A stretch of DNA of 56,509 nucleotides from Anaerolineae bacterium (GCA_049975205.1 JBNGDL010000018.1:1-56509), one strand, 5' to 3'. Positions 38,713 through 49,358 are shown, numbered from the stretch's first letter. Translations and numbers: made by a program. The notes: generated by a model from the letters alone, not told the origin.

Positions 38713-41484
38713 CTACAGGTCTTGGGTGCCGCTCACCAGGACGACGTCAAGGGCATGCGCCTTTTCCGCGGCGAGAGCCGTGAGAGCGCTCCGGGGCACG
38801 ATGACGGACTCGTTTCGGCGCTCATGGGACACCTCCTCACCGTCCAATCGTAAGCTAGCGATGGTGTATGCCTCCCACGATAACCGGTCTGGATTGTGGT
38901 AGGTAATCCTGAGCTTGCGGTCAGCGAACAGCGTCAGGACCGACGCCTGACCATTGTCATCGAACTGCTCCGAGACAAGCTTGGGCTCCAGCATCAGGTC
39001 GCCGAGTTGGCCTTTTATGCCCAAGACCTCGGTGAGCATGGTCAACAGATACCAACTGGCCGAGCCCGTGAGATAGGGATACATCCCGCGTCCCCCTGGC
39101 TCGATATACTCGGGGATACCGGGATAGATCCCGCTCTGCTCCATGTCCTGGCTGTGGCGGTAAATACCGTCCAGCACGGAAAACCCCTCACGGACGAGGC
39201 CGCGTTTGTAGAGGGCGTTGGCATACATAACCGCCATGTGACTGAACATCGCCCCGTTCTCTTTATGACCAAACGCGAAGCCAAAACAACGGCCCAGGGT
39301 CATACTCAACCTTTCCGCGTCAGGGCCGAAATCGGTATTGAGCCGATAGCCACCGACGTTTGGATCGTAGAGGTACCGATCGGCTGCACGGGCGATCTGC
39401 AGAGCCTGTTCGTCGGTGGCGATGCCGCCCATCAGGGTGAATACTTGGCCTGTGAGTGTCATGCGAATCCTGTCGGCGTGTTCTCCTTCCAGCCGCCGCC
39501 CCTCCTCGTCATAGTAGCCGTTGAACCAGCCGAGTTCCTCGTCTTGCTGCAGCCATTCTTGGTGCCGTAGATGAGCGTAGAGCCAGTCTGCCTTGGCTGC
39601 CAGGTCAGTCGACAGTTCTCGCAAGGGGACCGCCACCTGTTCTCCTGAGATGCTGTGTTCCGTCACGGTGAAATACTCTGCCAGGCGCGATTGCTTTTCC
39701 GCGACCGAATCATAGTTCACCGGGGCATTCAACGTGTCCAGAAGCGATGCAAGTTCAGCGAACAGCCTCACCTCGGTCAAGCCCAGAGAGTGCAGCGCCA
39801 GAACCAGTTGGCTGAGCGCCCGGAGATTGCTGGCATAGAAGGCCGCAAAGGCTACGCTCTCACCGCGCCGGCGGGCCATATCTAGGCCATCGTTCCAATC
39901 AGCGCCCTCCAGGCGAATGATGTTGTGCTCGCCAACGTTGAAGAAGGCCGTGAGATGCTGCACCAGCATATGCTCCAGGACGCTGCCTTGATAGACGCTC
40001 CTCGTGCTGGTTCGCAGCTCTGTGCCATCCTCTGGGTTCCATGCCTCGTCCACGGCTTGGGCTCGGTGGATCCAGGGGTCCTTGAAGTAGGTTTGCTCCT
40101 CCAAGAGGAAGGCCAAGTCTCCACTGCGGTCCAGGTAGAGCTGGGTGGTGAGAAAGGGCCAGGCACCGTGGTCCATCCAGACACGGGGGATGTTGTTGCG
40201 ATCGGCCTGGAACTCGCCCGGCGCGTCGCCGATGATGGTCGCATTGCTGCCGTCAACACGGATCCCAGCGAAGTTGCTGAGTAGCTGCTCGCGGACCTCT
40301 CCGGGTTCCATCAGGAGCAAAGCTAGTTGGTCTTGCCACAGGTCGCGCCAGCCGCGACCTCCGCGCCCGTAGTCATGATAGGGCAGGAACGAGTTGCCGC
40401 ACATACGGCGCAGAATAGGCTGGAGGCTGACCCACTTAAGCCACCCATTGAGGCGTGCCTCGCCTAGATCCATCTGTAAAGAGGATAGCTTCTCCTCCCA
40501 GTAGCTCCGCGTCTGGCTCAGCCAGGTTTCGAATTGGGCCTCGTCACCGTAACGGCCTATGACTGCGCTGGGATCTGCGTCCTGGTCTAGGATGGCCATG
40601 ACCAGGACATACGTCTGATGCTGGCCTGGATCGAGTATGACCTTGGCGAAGCGTATCCCGCCCATCGCTTCATAGCCAGCCAGTTCCGGCCCGGCATCAA
40701 GGTCCGCCGATTCGGGTTCCACGACGGCTAGCGGCCAGTCGAGGGTACCACCGGGACCGACAAACGCCTCCAACTTGGGGCAGAACGCCGTTGGGGCTGT
40801 GCCATTTCCTTCAACACCCAGAACAGCGTAGGTCACGGTGTTTGCTCGGTGCCCACGTTCGTCAAAGGTAAGAGTGGGTCGGACGAGCACGCCGTATTGA
40901 TGAGTGTAGATCCGGTGCAATAGAGAGGTCACGTGGCGATGGTCGCGAACTCTATCGGCAGAGCGGCCAAAGATGGGAATGGCGGCGGTGGGGGTCAGGG
41001 TCAGTGGCTCCGAACCCGTATTCGTCAGTACGACTCGCATAAGCTCGACCAAGCCGGCCTCTTTCGGCAGGTTATCACCCGAGGGCACAAAGTTGGTGAT
41101 CTCAGCGCGCAAGCCTAGCACAGGGTTGCGGCGTGTTACCCGGTGCCAGAGGAATCCGGCCTCCAGTTCCACCTGCTCGGTGTCCTCTGCCACAAAGGTC
41201 TGCGCGATTTGGCGTGCCGAGTTGCCGGTCGCCGACCAGGCCCCATAGCCCGCCACGTTGACCCAGAAATTGCGAGCCGCTCGCGAGATGTGCAAGTCTT
41301 CGGCTGATACAGGCAAGGTCAGGTATCTGTGTTGTCCGGCCTTGATGTCCCCGTGCAACGTGGGCGTGATGGCTGTTACCAACCCTTCCTCGTTGACCAA
41401 GGGGAAGTAGAGGTAGCTGTGTCGCTGTGGATCAGGTAGGGTAAATGTGCCTTTGTCGTCGGTGAATTGCCAGTCTGTCGTCAT
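38713..41484 (-). CDS. laminaribiose phosphorylase (GH94)
   Basis: N-terminal SYLYFPLVNE, RDHRHVTSLLHRI, FDERGH, HDYGRGGRGWRDLWQD, catalytic ADWNDG, KENGAMFSHM, YLTGSASW; closely recalls Paenibacillus laminaribiose phosphorylase. Confidence 0.85.
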   Translation of the reverse strand: MTTDWQFTDDKGTFTLPDPQRHSYLYFPLVNEEGLVTAITPTLHGDIKAGQHRYLTLPVSAEDLHISRAARNFWVNVAGYGAWSATGNSARQIAQTFVAEDTEQVELEAGFLWHRVTRRNPVLGLRAEITNFVPSGDNLPKEAGLVELMRVVLTNTGSEPLTLTPTAAIPIFGRSADRVRDHRHVTSLLHRIYTHQYGVLVRPTLTFDERGHRANTVTYAVLGVEGNGTAPTAFCPKLEAFVGPGGTLDWPLAVVEPESADLDAGPELAGYEAMGGIRFAKVILDPGQHQTYVLVMAILDQDADPSAVIGRYGDEAQFETWLSQTRSYWEEKLSSLQMDLGEARLNGWLKWVSLQPILRRMCGNSFLPYHDYGRGGRGWRDLWQDQLALLLMEPGEVREQLLSNFAGIRVDGSNATIIGDAPGEFQADRNNIPRVWMDHGAWPFLTTQLYLDRSGDLAFLLEEQTYFKDPWIHRAQAVDEAWNPEDGTELRTSTRSVYQGSVLEHMLVQHLTAFFNVGEHNIIRLEGADWNDGLDMARRRGESVAFAAFYASNLRALSQLVLALHSLGLTEVRLFAELASLLDTLNAPVNYDSVAEKQSRLAEYFTVTEHSISGEQVAVPLRELSTDLAAKADWLYAHLRHQEWLQQDEELGWFNGYYDEEGRRLEGEHADRIRMTLTGQVFTLMGGIATDEQALQIARAADRYLYDPNVGGYRLNTDFGPDAERLSMTLGRCFGFAFGHKENGAMFSHMAVMYANALYKRGLVREGFSVLDGIYRHSQDMEQSGIYPGIPEYIEPGGRGMYPYLTGSASWYLLTMLTEVLGIKGQLGDLMLEPKLVSEQFDDNGQASVLTLFADRKLRITYHNPDRLSWEAYTIASLRLDGEEVSHERRNESVIVPRSALTALAAEKAHALDVVLVSGTQDL

Positions 41485-41541
41485 GGGTTCTCTCTCTGGT
41501 GTCTTGTGCATCTCTTCCTAGCGATTAGCCTCATCTCCTGT

Positions 41542-44500
41542 CTAAAAAAAGACATCGATCCTCCTTATCTGACCGGCCCGCACCATCCGAGCATAGGGTT
41601 CGCCGATGACGTCTCCCACGCACTCGATCTGACGCTGATCCGGTGTATGCAAGGACATTGATTGAACGCGCATCCCGTTGTCTGGAAACAGATCCTGCCT
41701 GTCATGGTTGTGATAAGTGACAAGCACTCGTCCGAGGAAGGTAAAGGTAAGCCGACCGTCTTTGTCGAACAGCCAGCCAGGTAACGTTGGCCGGAACTGG
41801 AGACACAGGTTGCTCTTCTGAAGGAAGAAGGGTTGTCGACCGGCCATCATGGTGGTCCAAATACTCAGGAGCTCGGCCGCAGCGCCACTGAGCCGCGCGA
41901 CGAACCCGGCGCCGTGTAAGGACTCGTCGGGGTGGGCGCTACTGACGAGGAAAGACGAATTCTCTAGGGGGCTGCGTCCGTAGACGGTCGGATCTTGGAA
42001 GCAGACCAGCACGTGCCGGAACTCCTCAAAGAACTCCTCGTACAATCCTGCTCTCAGGACTTCTAGCAGATACTTGTATTCCATGTGCAGGAAGACCGAT
42101 TCATTTTCCAGCCAACCTGGCGTGAAGGCTCGGGCGCGGCCGATCTCGTGCGACTCGTCCTTGAGCGGAGCGTTGACCTTGTACATGCCCAGCTTGCGGT
42201 CATATAGGTCGGTAGTCTTGAGCTTGACATAGAGCGCTCTAGCCGAGACCACGTTCTGTTGGACCTTCAGAGCGTGGACTGGACCCTCCAGGAACAAGGG
42301 AAGCACCCGCGGCTCGAACCGCTTCGCCCGTACGTAAGGCCGGCCCTGCTCATCGCACTGGGCTTCCCCATCAGCGTCAGTGATGAGGTCATAGTCGCTG
42401 ATGGTATAGGCGAAGTAGGTAGGAGGAATACTGACCGGGACACTGGGCGACGTGCCTTGGTCCATCTCGACGGCGCGCTGAATCCCGGTGCGCACCTTGC
42501 CCTGGAAGGCCTCCAGGTTCGGGATCAGCTCCTCAAAGGACAGCTCTTTGGCCTCCCCGTCAAAGCCTAAGCGGATGGAAGCTCGGTAGCTTTCCCGGGC
42601 GCTGGTTACGGCGTCCCAGTAGCGGAAGTCTCGCTCCAGATCGTCTGATTCGCACCAATGATGCAGGGACTCGGCGGCTGTTTCCATCAGCGCGACTTGT
42701 TCAATGGGCAGATCGACCGCACCCGCTCCCTTGTTGGTCGTCGCTTCGAGCAGGAAGGTGAGCAGCCGGTCCAGCTCGTAGGTCTCGCAGAGCGACGAGC
42801 CGAACAGACCCGGCAGGCCATTGAGAGCGTCGTACCAGCCCGGCTTGCCCGCCTCCATCTCAATGCCCATACCCCATGGGTCTAGGGTGGCGAACTTGAG
42901 CAGCGCCAACCCGACTAGCTTGGCAAAGACAGTTGTGCGATATATGTCACCTCTGCCGTGCGCCGTCCGCATCAAGTTGGGTGACTCGGTGCGACCAGCG
43001 ATCAAGGCTGTCTTCTCCTCATCCTCCACCACCGCTCCGTACTGGCGTACCCGCCCCTTGCCAGCGAGCACGTACTTGCGGGCGCGAGGCTGAACAACAG
43101 CCGGGCTGTCGAAGTAAGGGACGGTTTGCTCGCTGAACAACAAATCGTTCTTTCGTTCGGGGTAGACGGCCAGGTAGGTCTCGATCAAGTCGAGGTTGTA
43201 CGTCCAGTGGTCGATCCAGTAGCCCTCACCAACTGCGGCCTGGAAATGGTGTTCCGCGTGGTCCAGCGCCTCCGCAACCAAGGCCTCGGGCCTGACCTTC
43301 AGCCCTATCTCCTCATCGGCGATGGCCCGCAGAAGCTTGCCAGGCGTGAAGGGTTGGGCCAGCACCGACTCCAGCTCTTTCGGTCGCTCGACCAGGTCCA
43401 ATACAGCCGTGCGCTGCTCCGCGGGCAAGGTGAAGCGACTGCCTTCCACAACCAGCGGATTGTAACCGTCAGCCTGTATCAGGCCCAGAAAGGACAAGAT
43501 ATTGAAGGTGTCCACCTCTGGTCGAAGCAGGACGTCACAGCGCCGGTTCTGATTCACGTCGCGGTAGCTGCCGTTTCCTTGTGAATACGGCTCGGCGGCG
43601 ATGGAAAAATAGTTGTAGTCGCGCTCTAGGTCGCCGTGCTTGCGCGAGTAGATATGGTAGACCGTTGGCTTCTGCTCGTTCCCCAGGAGCAGGGGCCAGC
43701 CGCCGCGGAGCACGTTGTCGAGGAAGGTCTGGCGGATGTAGGCATCGAAGCGCGGTGATGAACTACGGGTATCAACAGCCTCGGTGAGTGTGTCGGCAAG
43801 TCGGTTCGCGTCCTGCCGTCTCTGCTGCAGGTATGTCGGCTGCGACAGGCGCGCCCGTTGACGATTGAGGTGCCCGAAGTTGTCGGTGTGACCGATGATG
43901 AAGTAGAGCGTTGTCGCTTCCCCTGGTTCCAGGACCTTGCTTGTGCCGAATAAGCCGCAAGGTGTCCTGCCAGTGGTGATCTGCTGTTGCTTGCTGAGAT
44001 CCGCCAATGGCAGGACGACGAAACCATCCGGTGTGCTTAGGGCCGTATTTTGGCCAAAGACGACGGTCGGATCCACGAAGGGCATCAATCTTTGACCTGA
44101 CTCATCAAACGCCAGGTAGAAGTGCCCAGCCTGGATCTCGCTCACTTCAGCCGTGTCGCCAGCGCTGGCCTGGAAACGGTAGAAGGGCATACCCTCTTCC
44201 AGATTGTACACCGCCATCCACGCTTCAATTGTGCGCCCCATCTCTTTCAGACTTCGGTTGTCCACGCCATAGGGCATCACTCGGGCCATCCCATCGAGTA
44301 TCTCCATATCCAGCGGCTTGTCGGCCAAGTTGGTCAGCGTAACCTGGCGCACAAGTCCAGCAAAGGGCTCGCCGGGTAAGGTGAAGTAGAGGACGTTTGT
44401 CTGGATGCAGCGCGCCGGGTTGATAGCCTGTAGCTCCAACTCATTCATGCCGATGCACATCTGGAGCTCGTCGTTGACGCTCCACGGGGCAAAAGGCTCG

Positions 44501-44781
44501 TAGAGATCGGGCGTTGCCCCTCGTTTCAGTTTGACGAAGGTGCGAAAGCCGGTGTAAGGGGTAGTTTGGTAGGCCTTGTTGGCCGGCTCGAACTCCATGA
44601 TCGGGTTGTCTTTGTTCTCCACGCCGAAACTGGCGATGGCCTGACCGCGATTGACGTAGAACACCCAGAGGGGGATGCCCAGTGGCCCGGCGATGCCGGG
44701 CAAGAAGCTAGAAAAAGGGCGTGCGCTAGTAAAATCACTCAAGACAAACCGACCATGGTTGTCAGGGAGAACGTTGTCCAT
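41542..44781 (-). CDS. beta-1,3-glucan phosphorylase (GH161-like)
   Basis: About 1080 aa; FSSFLPGIAG..GIP.W.FYVNRGQ, YSRKHGDLERDYN, QGNG.YRDVNQNRR, GYWIDHWTY, KPGWYDALNGLPG, GWLENESVFLHMEYKY; adjacent to GH94 and GH16 as known for GH161. Confidence 0.78.
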   Translation of the reverse strand: MDNVLPDNHGRFVLSDFTSARPFSSFLPGIAGPLGIPLWVFYVNRGQAIASFGVENKDNPIMEFEPANKAYQTTPYTGFRTFVKLKRGATPDLYEPFAPWSVNDELQMCIGMNELELQAINPARCIQTNVLYFTLPGEPFAGLVRQVTLTNLADKPLDMEILDGMARVMPYGVDNRSLKEMGRTIEAWMAVYNLEEGMPFYRFQASAGDTAEVSEIQAGHFYLAFDESGQRLMPFVDPTVVFGQNTALSTPDGFVVLPLADLSKQQQITTGRTPCGLFGTSKVLEPGEATTLYFIIGHTDNFGHLNRQRARLSQPTYLQQRRQDANRLADTLTEAVDTRSSSPRFDAYIRQTFLDNVLRGGWPLLLGNEQKPTVYHIYSRKHGDLERDYNYFSIAAEPYSQGNGSYRDVNQNRRCDVLLRPEVDTFNILSFLGLIQADGYNPLVVEGSRFTLPAEQRTAVLDLVERPKELESVLAQPFTPGKLLRAIADEEIGLKVRPEALVAEALDHAEHHFQAAVGEGYWIDHWTYNLDLIETYLAVYPERKNDLLFSEQTVPYFDSPAVVQPRARKYVLAGKGRVRQYGAVVEDEEKTALIAGRTESPNLMRTAHGRGDIYRTTVFAKLVGLALLKFATLDPWGMGIEMEAGKPGWYDALNGLPGLFGSSLCETYELDRLLTFLLEATTNKGAGAVDLPIEQVALMETAAESLHHWCESDDLERDFRYWDAVTSARESYRASIRLGFDGEAKELSFEELIPNLEAFQGKVRTGIQRAVEMDQGTSPSVPVSIPPTYFAYTISDYDLITDADGEAQCDEQGRPYVRAKRFEPRVLPLFLEGPVHALKVQQNVVSARALYVKLKTTDLYDRKLGMYKVNAPLKDESHEIGRARAFTPGWLENESVFLHMEYKYLLEVLRAGLYEEFFEEFRHVLVCFQDPTVYGRSPLENSSFLVSSAHPDESLHGAGFVARLSGAAAELLSIWTTMMAGRQPFFLQKSNLCLQFRPTLPGWLFDKDGRLTFTFLGRVLVTYHNHDRQDLFPDNGMRVQSMSLHTPDQRQIECVGDVIGEPYARMVRAGQIRRIDVFF

Positions 44782-44907
44782 GAATCTCACCCCACGATCC
44801 TCTATGATGTGGCTGGTGAGGATGGCTCTCAACAAGAGAGCCGTCCTCACCACTTGACGGGCAATGCCTTTCGCCTCGAAGGTATATCGCGAAAACGGAC
44901 GTCAACT

Positions 44908-45024
44908 TTACCCTTCTCTTGCGATCAGCGGTAGGTAGTAGTGGTAGACCGGTGCCTCCAATTTCACTTGGTCTAGATAGAAGGAGTCACTCCCGGCCAA
45001 GGGCAACTCGAAGCCATAGCTCCA
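44908..45024 (-). pseudogene. stranded C-terminal remnant of the GH16 gene (CBM-like strand plus YYLPLI tail)
   Basis: In frame after TAG-GCT-TGA: WSYGFELPLAGSDSFYLDQVKLEAPVYHYYLPLIAREG*. Confidence 0.6.
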
Positions 45025-45030
45025 TCAAGC

Positions 45031-45894
45031 CTAAGGCGTCGTCTTAAAGGCGTCTACGAAGGTCGCCTCAAAGCGCTCTGCTGTGTCAGCGGCCTGATAC
45101 ACCCTGACATAATCCACAAGAAACTGGGTCGGGAAGACAGTGTCGAGACCTATGGGGCCGGGTAGCTGACCGCCTAGGGCCAGGTTCAGAATGATGAAGA
45201 AGGGGTGTTCGAATACCCATTCCCGGTCGCCAACATCAGCGCTGGTCACGGTGAAGTAGTGGTCGCCGTCGTAGAACCAGTCAATCTGACCGGGCTTCCA
45301 CTCGATGGCGTAGGTGTGAAAATCATCGGCGATATTGTAGTCCTGTCGGTTCCACTGACTTAGCCCTAGTGCCCCAGAGTAGCCTGGGCCGTGCATGGTG
45401 CCCATAACCAGATCCGGCTCTCTGCCGATGTACTCCATGATGTCGATCTCACCGCAGTCAGGCCAGCCAATCTCTTCGAAGTTGTCGCCGAGCATCCAGA
45501 ACGCGGGCCACGTGCCAGCCCCGCTGGGCACTTTGAGGCGCGCCTCAATCCGTCCGTACTGGAACGACTGCAACCCCTGGGTCTTGAGCCGTGCAGAGGT
45601 GTAGTACGAGTCTTCATACTTCTCCTGGCGCGCCTCGATCACGAGCATGCCGTCTTCGACGTGGGCATTTTCGGGACGTGAGGTGTAGTACTGCGCCTCT
45701 CCGTTCCCCCAGCCACCAGCGCCTATATCGTATGTCCAGTTAGCATCGTTGATTTCAGTGTCGTCGAACTCGTCGTGCCATACCAGGTCCCAGCCGGGCA
45801 GGTCTGGGATGGGTGTGGCTGCCGATGGCCAACCGGCCACGCAAGACGAGAGCAGAGCCAGCACGAGTAGAGCGTAGTGGGCCAGTCGTTTCAT
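45031..45894 (-). CDS. GH16 endo-1,3-beta-glucanase (laminarinase), probable lipoprotein or secreted
   Basis: LVWHDEFD, GWGNGEAQYY, YTSARL, WPAFWMLG, catalytic EIDIME, DFHTYAIEW, VDYVRVYQ; start MKRLAH at 45894. Confidence 0.93.
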   Translation of the reverse strand: MKRLAHYALLVLALLSSCVAGWPSAATPIPDLPGWDLVWHDEFDDTEINDANWTYDIGAGGWGNGEAQYYTSRPENAHVEDGMLVIEARQEKYEDSYYTSARLKTQGLQSFQYGRIEARLKVPSGAGTWPAFWMLGDNFEEIGWPDCGEIDIMEYIGREPDLVMGTMHGPGYSGALGLSQWNRQDYNIADDFHTYAIEWKPGQIDWFYDGDHYFTVTSADVGDREWVFEHPFFIILNLALGGQLPGPIGLDTVFPTQFLVDYVRVYQAADTAERFEATFVDAFKTTP

Positions 45895-45899
45895 GTTTC

Positions 45900-46763
45900 T
45901 TACCCTTTGACAGCTCCTGCTGTCAAGCCAGAGACGATATATCGCTGTAGAAGCAGGAAGATGGCCAGCATCGGGAGGGTCATGATCAGCACCGCAGCCG
46001 CCAGGGTGGGCCAGTCGCTGCCATACACGCCCTGGAAGACGATCATGCCTCGGGTGATGGGATAGTATTCCTTGCTGGTCAGATAGATTGTGGGCAGGAT
46101 CAGCTCGTTCCAGATGCCGATGGCGTGCAACACGGCCACGGTAGCCAGGGCTGGCTGACTCAGGGGTATGATCAACGTGGCGACAAAACGCAGATACCCG
46201 CACCCGTCCATAGCCGCGGCCTCATCCAATTCCTTGGGCAGCGTCTTGAAGTAGTTGACCAGGATCACGATGCCGATCGGGTTCACCAAGAACAGCATCA
46301 CGTATCCGATAGGATTGTTGTACAGTCCCAGAGCTAGCATCATCTGGAACTGAGGGATCAGGGCGACCGGTAGAAACAGCGCGACAACGTACAAGGTCAG
46401 CAGGACGCCAGCGCCCTTGACATATCCTCGGGCGATGGGAAACGCCACAAACACCGCTGTCACGACGTAGATGACCGTGGCCGAGACAGTGTATAAGATG
46501 GTATTCGTCAGATAACGGGGGAAGTTCGCTTTCTGCCAGGCATCCACGAAGTTCTGGAAGTTCAGGGTTGATGGCAAGGCAGTGGCGTTCTTCATGAAGT
46601 CTGGCATGGTCTTCAGGGAGGTGTTGAGCAGCATCAAGAGCGGTCCGAGATAGATTACGCCGAAGATCACGAGGACCGCATATGAGGCGATCTTCATCCA
46701 GTTGGGGCGTCGGCCAGTGACAGGCTTCTTATCCAGCGCCTTCATTGCTAAGTTCGTGTTCAT
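45900..46763 (-). CDS. carbohydrate ABC transporter permease
   Basis: ELDEAAAMDG EAA motif, GIWNE, GLTAGAVKG. Confidence 0.92.
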   Translation of the reverse strand: MNTNLAMKALDKKPVTGRRPNWMKIASYAVLVIFGVIYLGPLLMLLNTSLKTMPDFMKNATALPSTLNFQNFVDAWQKANFPRYLTNTILYTVSATVIYVVTAVFVAFPIARGYVKGAGVLLTLYVVALFLPVALIPQFQMMLALGLYNNPIGYVMLFLVNPIGIVILVNYFKTLPKELDEAAAMDGCGYLRFVATLIIPLSQPALATVAVLHAIGIWNELILPTIYLTSKEYYPITRGMIVFQGVYGSDWPTLAAAVLIMTLPMLAIFLLLQRYIVSGLTAGAVKG

Positions 46764-47689
46764 CCTAGTATCCTCTTTTCTCTACGCTGCAGGAGGTATT
46801 GCACTGGCATGCCGATCAGAAGGACCAGACAGAACAGCACAATGGAAGCGGCGGCAGCGTACCCCTGTCGGAAGCCGCTTGTGACGCTCCCCGACGTTTG
46901 GCCAAACCCTTGGGCAAAGATCAAATATCCCAGGACCTGGGTGCCGTTTCTGTAGCCGATGAGGACCAGAAACAACTGCCATGCCTGTAGCGAGCCGATG
47001 ATGTTCAAGACGAGGTTCGTGTTGACGGCCGGGGTGAGCAGGGGCCATGTGACGTTCTGGAAGACCCGCCAAGGGCCGGCACCATCGATCTCGGCTGCCT
47101 CATAGAGCTCCGTTGGAATGGTCTGGAGACTGGCAATGAAGATCATCATTGTGATGCCCATGTTCGCCCAGATCTGCACGATCATGACCCAAGCGAAGGC
47201 CTCGGTGGGTTGTCCGCCAAGGAATTCGCTGCGGAGACCAAAGAGCCCAAGCAGCTGCGCCATAGGACCGCCGAGGGGATAGAGAAACAGTGACCAGATC
47301 AAGCCTTGGATCACGGCCCCTAGGATCACCGGCATGAAGTAAAGCGTGCGGAATATGTTGACGCCCTTCAGCTTCTGGTTCACAACTAACGACATGACGA
47401 GGCCGAGTGCAAACTGGATGGTGGTCACACCGGCACAGAAGATCAAGGTCCGCCCAAGCGCATCATAGTTGTCGCGAGAGGCCTGGCCCATGAACAGGAA
47501 CTCTCGGTAATTCTCAAGTCCCACCCAGTTAACCGGCGCCCCTTTGATGCCGGTGGCGTCGGTAAAGGAGTAGACCCCGGTGGCCACCGAGGGCCCGACC
47601 TGGATGAGCAGGTAGAAGAACAGGCCGGGCAGAAGCAGAAGGTAGGGTAACAACCGTGTCCACCCACGACCGAAATGATAGGTTTTCAT
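46760..47689 (-). CDS. carbohydrate ABC transporter permease
   Basis: LYEAAEIDGAGPWRVFQNVTWPLL EAA motif. Confidence 0.92.
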   Translation of the reverse strand: MKTYHFGRGWTRLLPYLLLLPGLFFYLLIQVGPSVATGVYSFTDATGIKGAPVNWVGLENYREFLFMGQASRDNYDALGRTLIFCAGVTTIQFALGLVMSLVVNQKLKGVNIFRTLYFMPVILGAVIQGLIWSLFLYPLGGPMAQLLGLFGLRSEFLGGQPTEAFAWVMIVQIWANMGITMMIFIASLQTIPTELYEAAEIDGAGPWRVFQNVTWPLLTPAVNTNLVLNIIGSLQAWQLFLVLIGYRNGTQVLGYLIFAQGFGQTSGSVTSGFRQGYAAAASIVLFCLVLLIGMPVQYLLQRREKRILG

Positions 47690-47714
47690 AGGGTGCCTCC
47701 ATCGTGTGTCAGAG

Positions 47715-47750
47715 GGCAGGCCTCTCGACCCAAAGGCCGAGAAGCCTGCC
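47715..47750 (-). terminator. stem-loop between SBP and permease genes
   Basis: GGCAGGCCTCTCG / CGAGAAGCCTGCC imperfect inverted repeat. Confidence 0.55.
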
Positions 47751-47784
47751 TTAGGAATGTCGGCGATATCTTTGGTGACGTCTA

Positions 47785-49143
47785 CTAATTGGCGTCGAGC
47801 CCGGACTGTAGATCCTCCTGGACCTTGTCGGCCAGCGTCTGGGGATCGTCGTAGGTGCCGAAGGGCTTGAAGTATGAGGCGAACGGATTGGCGTACTGGC
47901 CGGCACCCTTGGGCGCAACCCAGTACTGCTCGTAGCCCACACGGAAGTTCTCCAGATAGGGCGCGACCTCTTCACCGATCTGCGTATCGAGCGTGGCGCC
48001 CGGCTGGGTGGGGATGAAGCCAACCGCGTTGGCGAAGGCTTGGTAGTTGTCCGGTTCAGAGAACGCGGCCAAGTATGCGAGCGCGGCGTCTTTGGCGGTG
48101 GTATTGGCGGCAATGGCCCAACCCTGATCGTACTTGCCGAACAGGTATTTGTTGTCTTCGGGGTCGTCGCTGCCAGGGAATGGGATGTACCCCCACTCAA
48201 AGTCCGGCTCAGCATCCTCGATGGCAGCAGCATACCATGTGCCGCCAGGGAACATAGCGACCGCGCCAGAGGCAAAGCGTCCAGGTGCTGCATCTCCGGC
48301 GATACCGCTGGCTCCTGGCTCCATCATGTCTTGGGCATAGACCTTCATTTTCTCCCACATTTCCATGGAGGTCTCGTCATTCCACTTGATCGTACCGGTC
48401 CACAGGCCCTCCACCAAGGCTGCCTGGTCAGGATAGATGGACCCGATGAGGCCATAGGCCCCTACGAAGATCGGCCAGCCATCCTTGCCGCCAGCGGTCA
48501 TGCAGGGGATCCCAGCCTCGTTGAACGTTTCACACGCAGCAACGAGCTCGTCCCAGACGGTGGGTACCTCGACGTTGTTCGCGGAGAACAGATCCTTGTT
48601 GTAGTAGATGCCGCTGTATGAAACGCGACCAAGGTTGACCTGGTAGACCTTGCCGTTATAGGTGCCGGCGTCCTCGATGGTGGCTGTATCGTAGTTGTCG
48701 ACGAACGCCTGGTCGGACAGATCCATCAACAGCCCGGCCTCAATCAGGGTCTGCCAGTTGGGCGGGGTCACATTCTCCATATAGGGCTGAGCCGCGTTGG
48801 CGAAGCCGAAGATGTCGATGACATCCACATCGTTGGCATTCAAGCGGGTCTGGGTGACGGTGCTCAGGTCATTGGCGTTCACGACCGACATGTCCACAGA
48901 GATGTTCGGATTGTCGGCTTCAAACTGATTATTGAAGGCCTCCATGAACTCCACCATCGGCGGGTTCTGGTGAACTAGAACCTTTAAGGTTACTTCCTCG
49001 CCCGCAGGGGCTTCGGCTGACTCGGACTCCGAGGCGGATTCCTCGGTTGGTTGGGCAGCAGGCTCTGTTCCTCCGCCGCAAGCGGAGATCAAGAGGACTG
49101 CCACTAACAGCATACTCGCAAGACTAAACCACTTAGTCTTCAT
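47785..49143 (-). CDS. sugar ABC transporter substrate-binding lipoprotein (likely laminari-oligosaccharides)
   Basis: MKTKWF start behind AAGGAGG, lipobox ISAC, IYYNKDLF. Confidence 0.92.
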   Translation of the reverse strand: MKTKWFSLASMLLVAVLLISACGGGTEPAAQPTEESASESESAEAPAGEEVTLKVLVHQNPPMVEFMEAFNNQFEADNPNISVDMSVVNANDLSTVTQTRLNANDVDVIDIFGFANAAQPYMENVTPPNWQTLIEAGLLMDLSDQAFVDNYDTATIEDAGTYNGKVYQVNLGRVSYSGIYYNKDLFSANNVEVPTVWDELVAACETFNEAGIPCMTAGGKDGWPIFVGAYGLIGSIYPDQAALVEGLWTGTIKWNDETSMEMWEKMKVYAQDMMEPGASGIAGDAAPGRFASGAVAMFPGGTWYAAAIEDAEPDFEWGYIPFPGSDDPEDNKYLFGKYDQGWAIAANTTAKDAALAYLAAFSEPDNYQAFANAVGFIPTQPGATLDTQIGEEVAPYLENFRVGYEQYWVAPKGAGQYANPFASYFKPFGTYDDPQTLADKVQEDLQSGLDAN

Positions 49144-49358
49144 TCTTACTTCCTCCTTCAAAGATAGAGTTGAGCTTTGGCCAGTGGTCAGGACAATCTG
49201 TGAGGCACATCTATATCTCTTTGCTGATGCCGGTCACCTCCTTCCGAGGCTATCGTGTGCGGCCTGTGGGGTCGACTTCACAGGCAGTCAGAGAAAAAGA
49301 GCCTACACTACTGATGCGTCCACTCGAAGCATGCCCTCCATCCCTACGGTAGAACGCT

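Noticed and set aside
45022-45033. Stop-codon readthrough (pyrrolysine or selenocysteine) at TAG-GCT-TGA in GH16
   Set aside because: Two different stops plus evidence of missing domain sequence point to deletion and decay, not recoding.
45895-46203. N-terminal extension of the GH16 ORF
   Set aside because: Out-of-frame overlap with the permease; the signal peptide begins at 45894.
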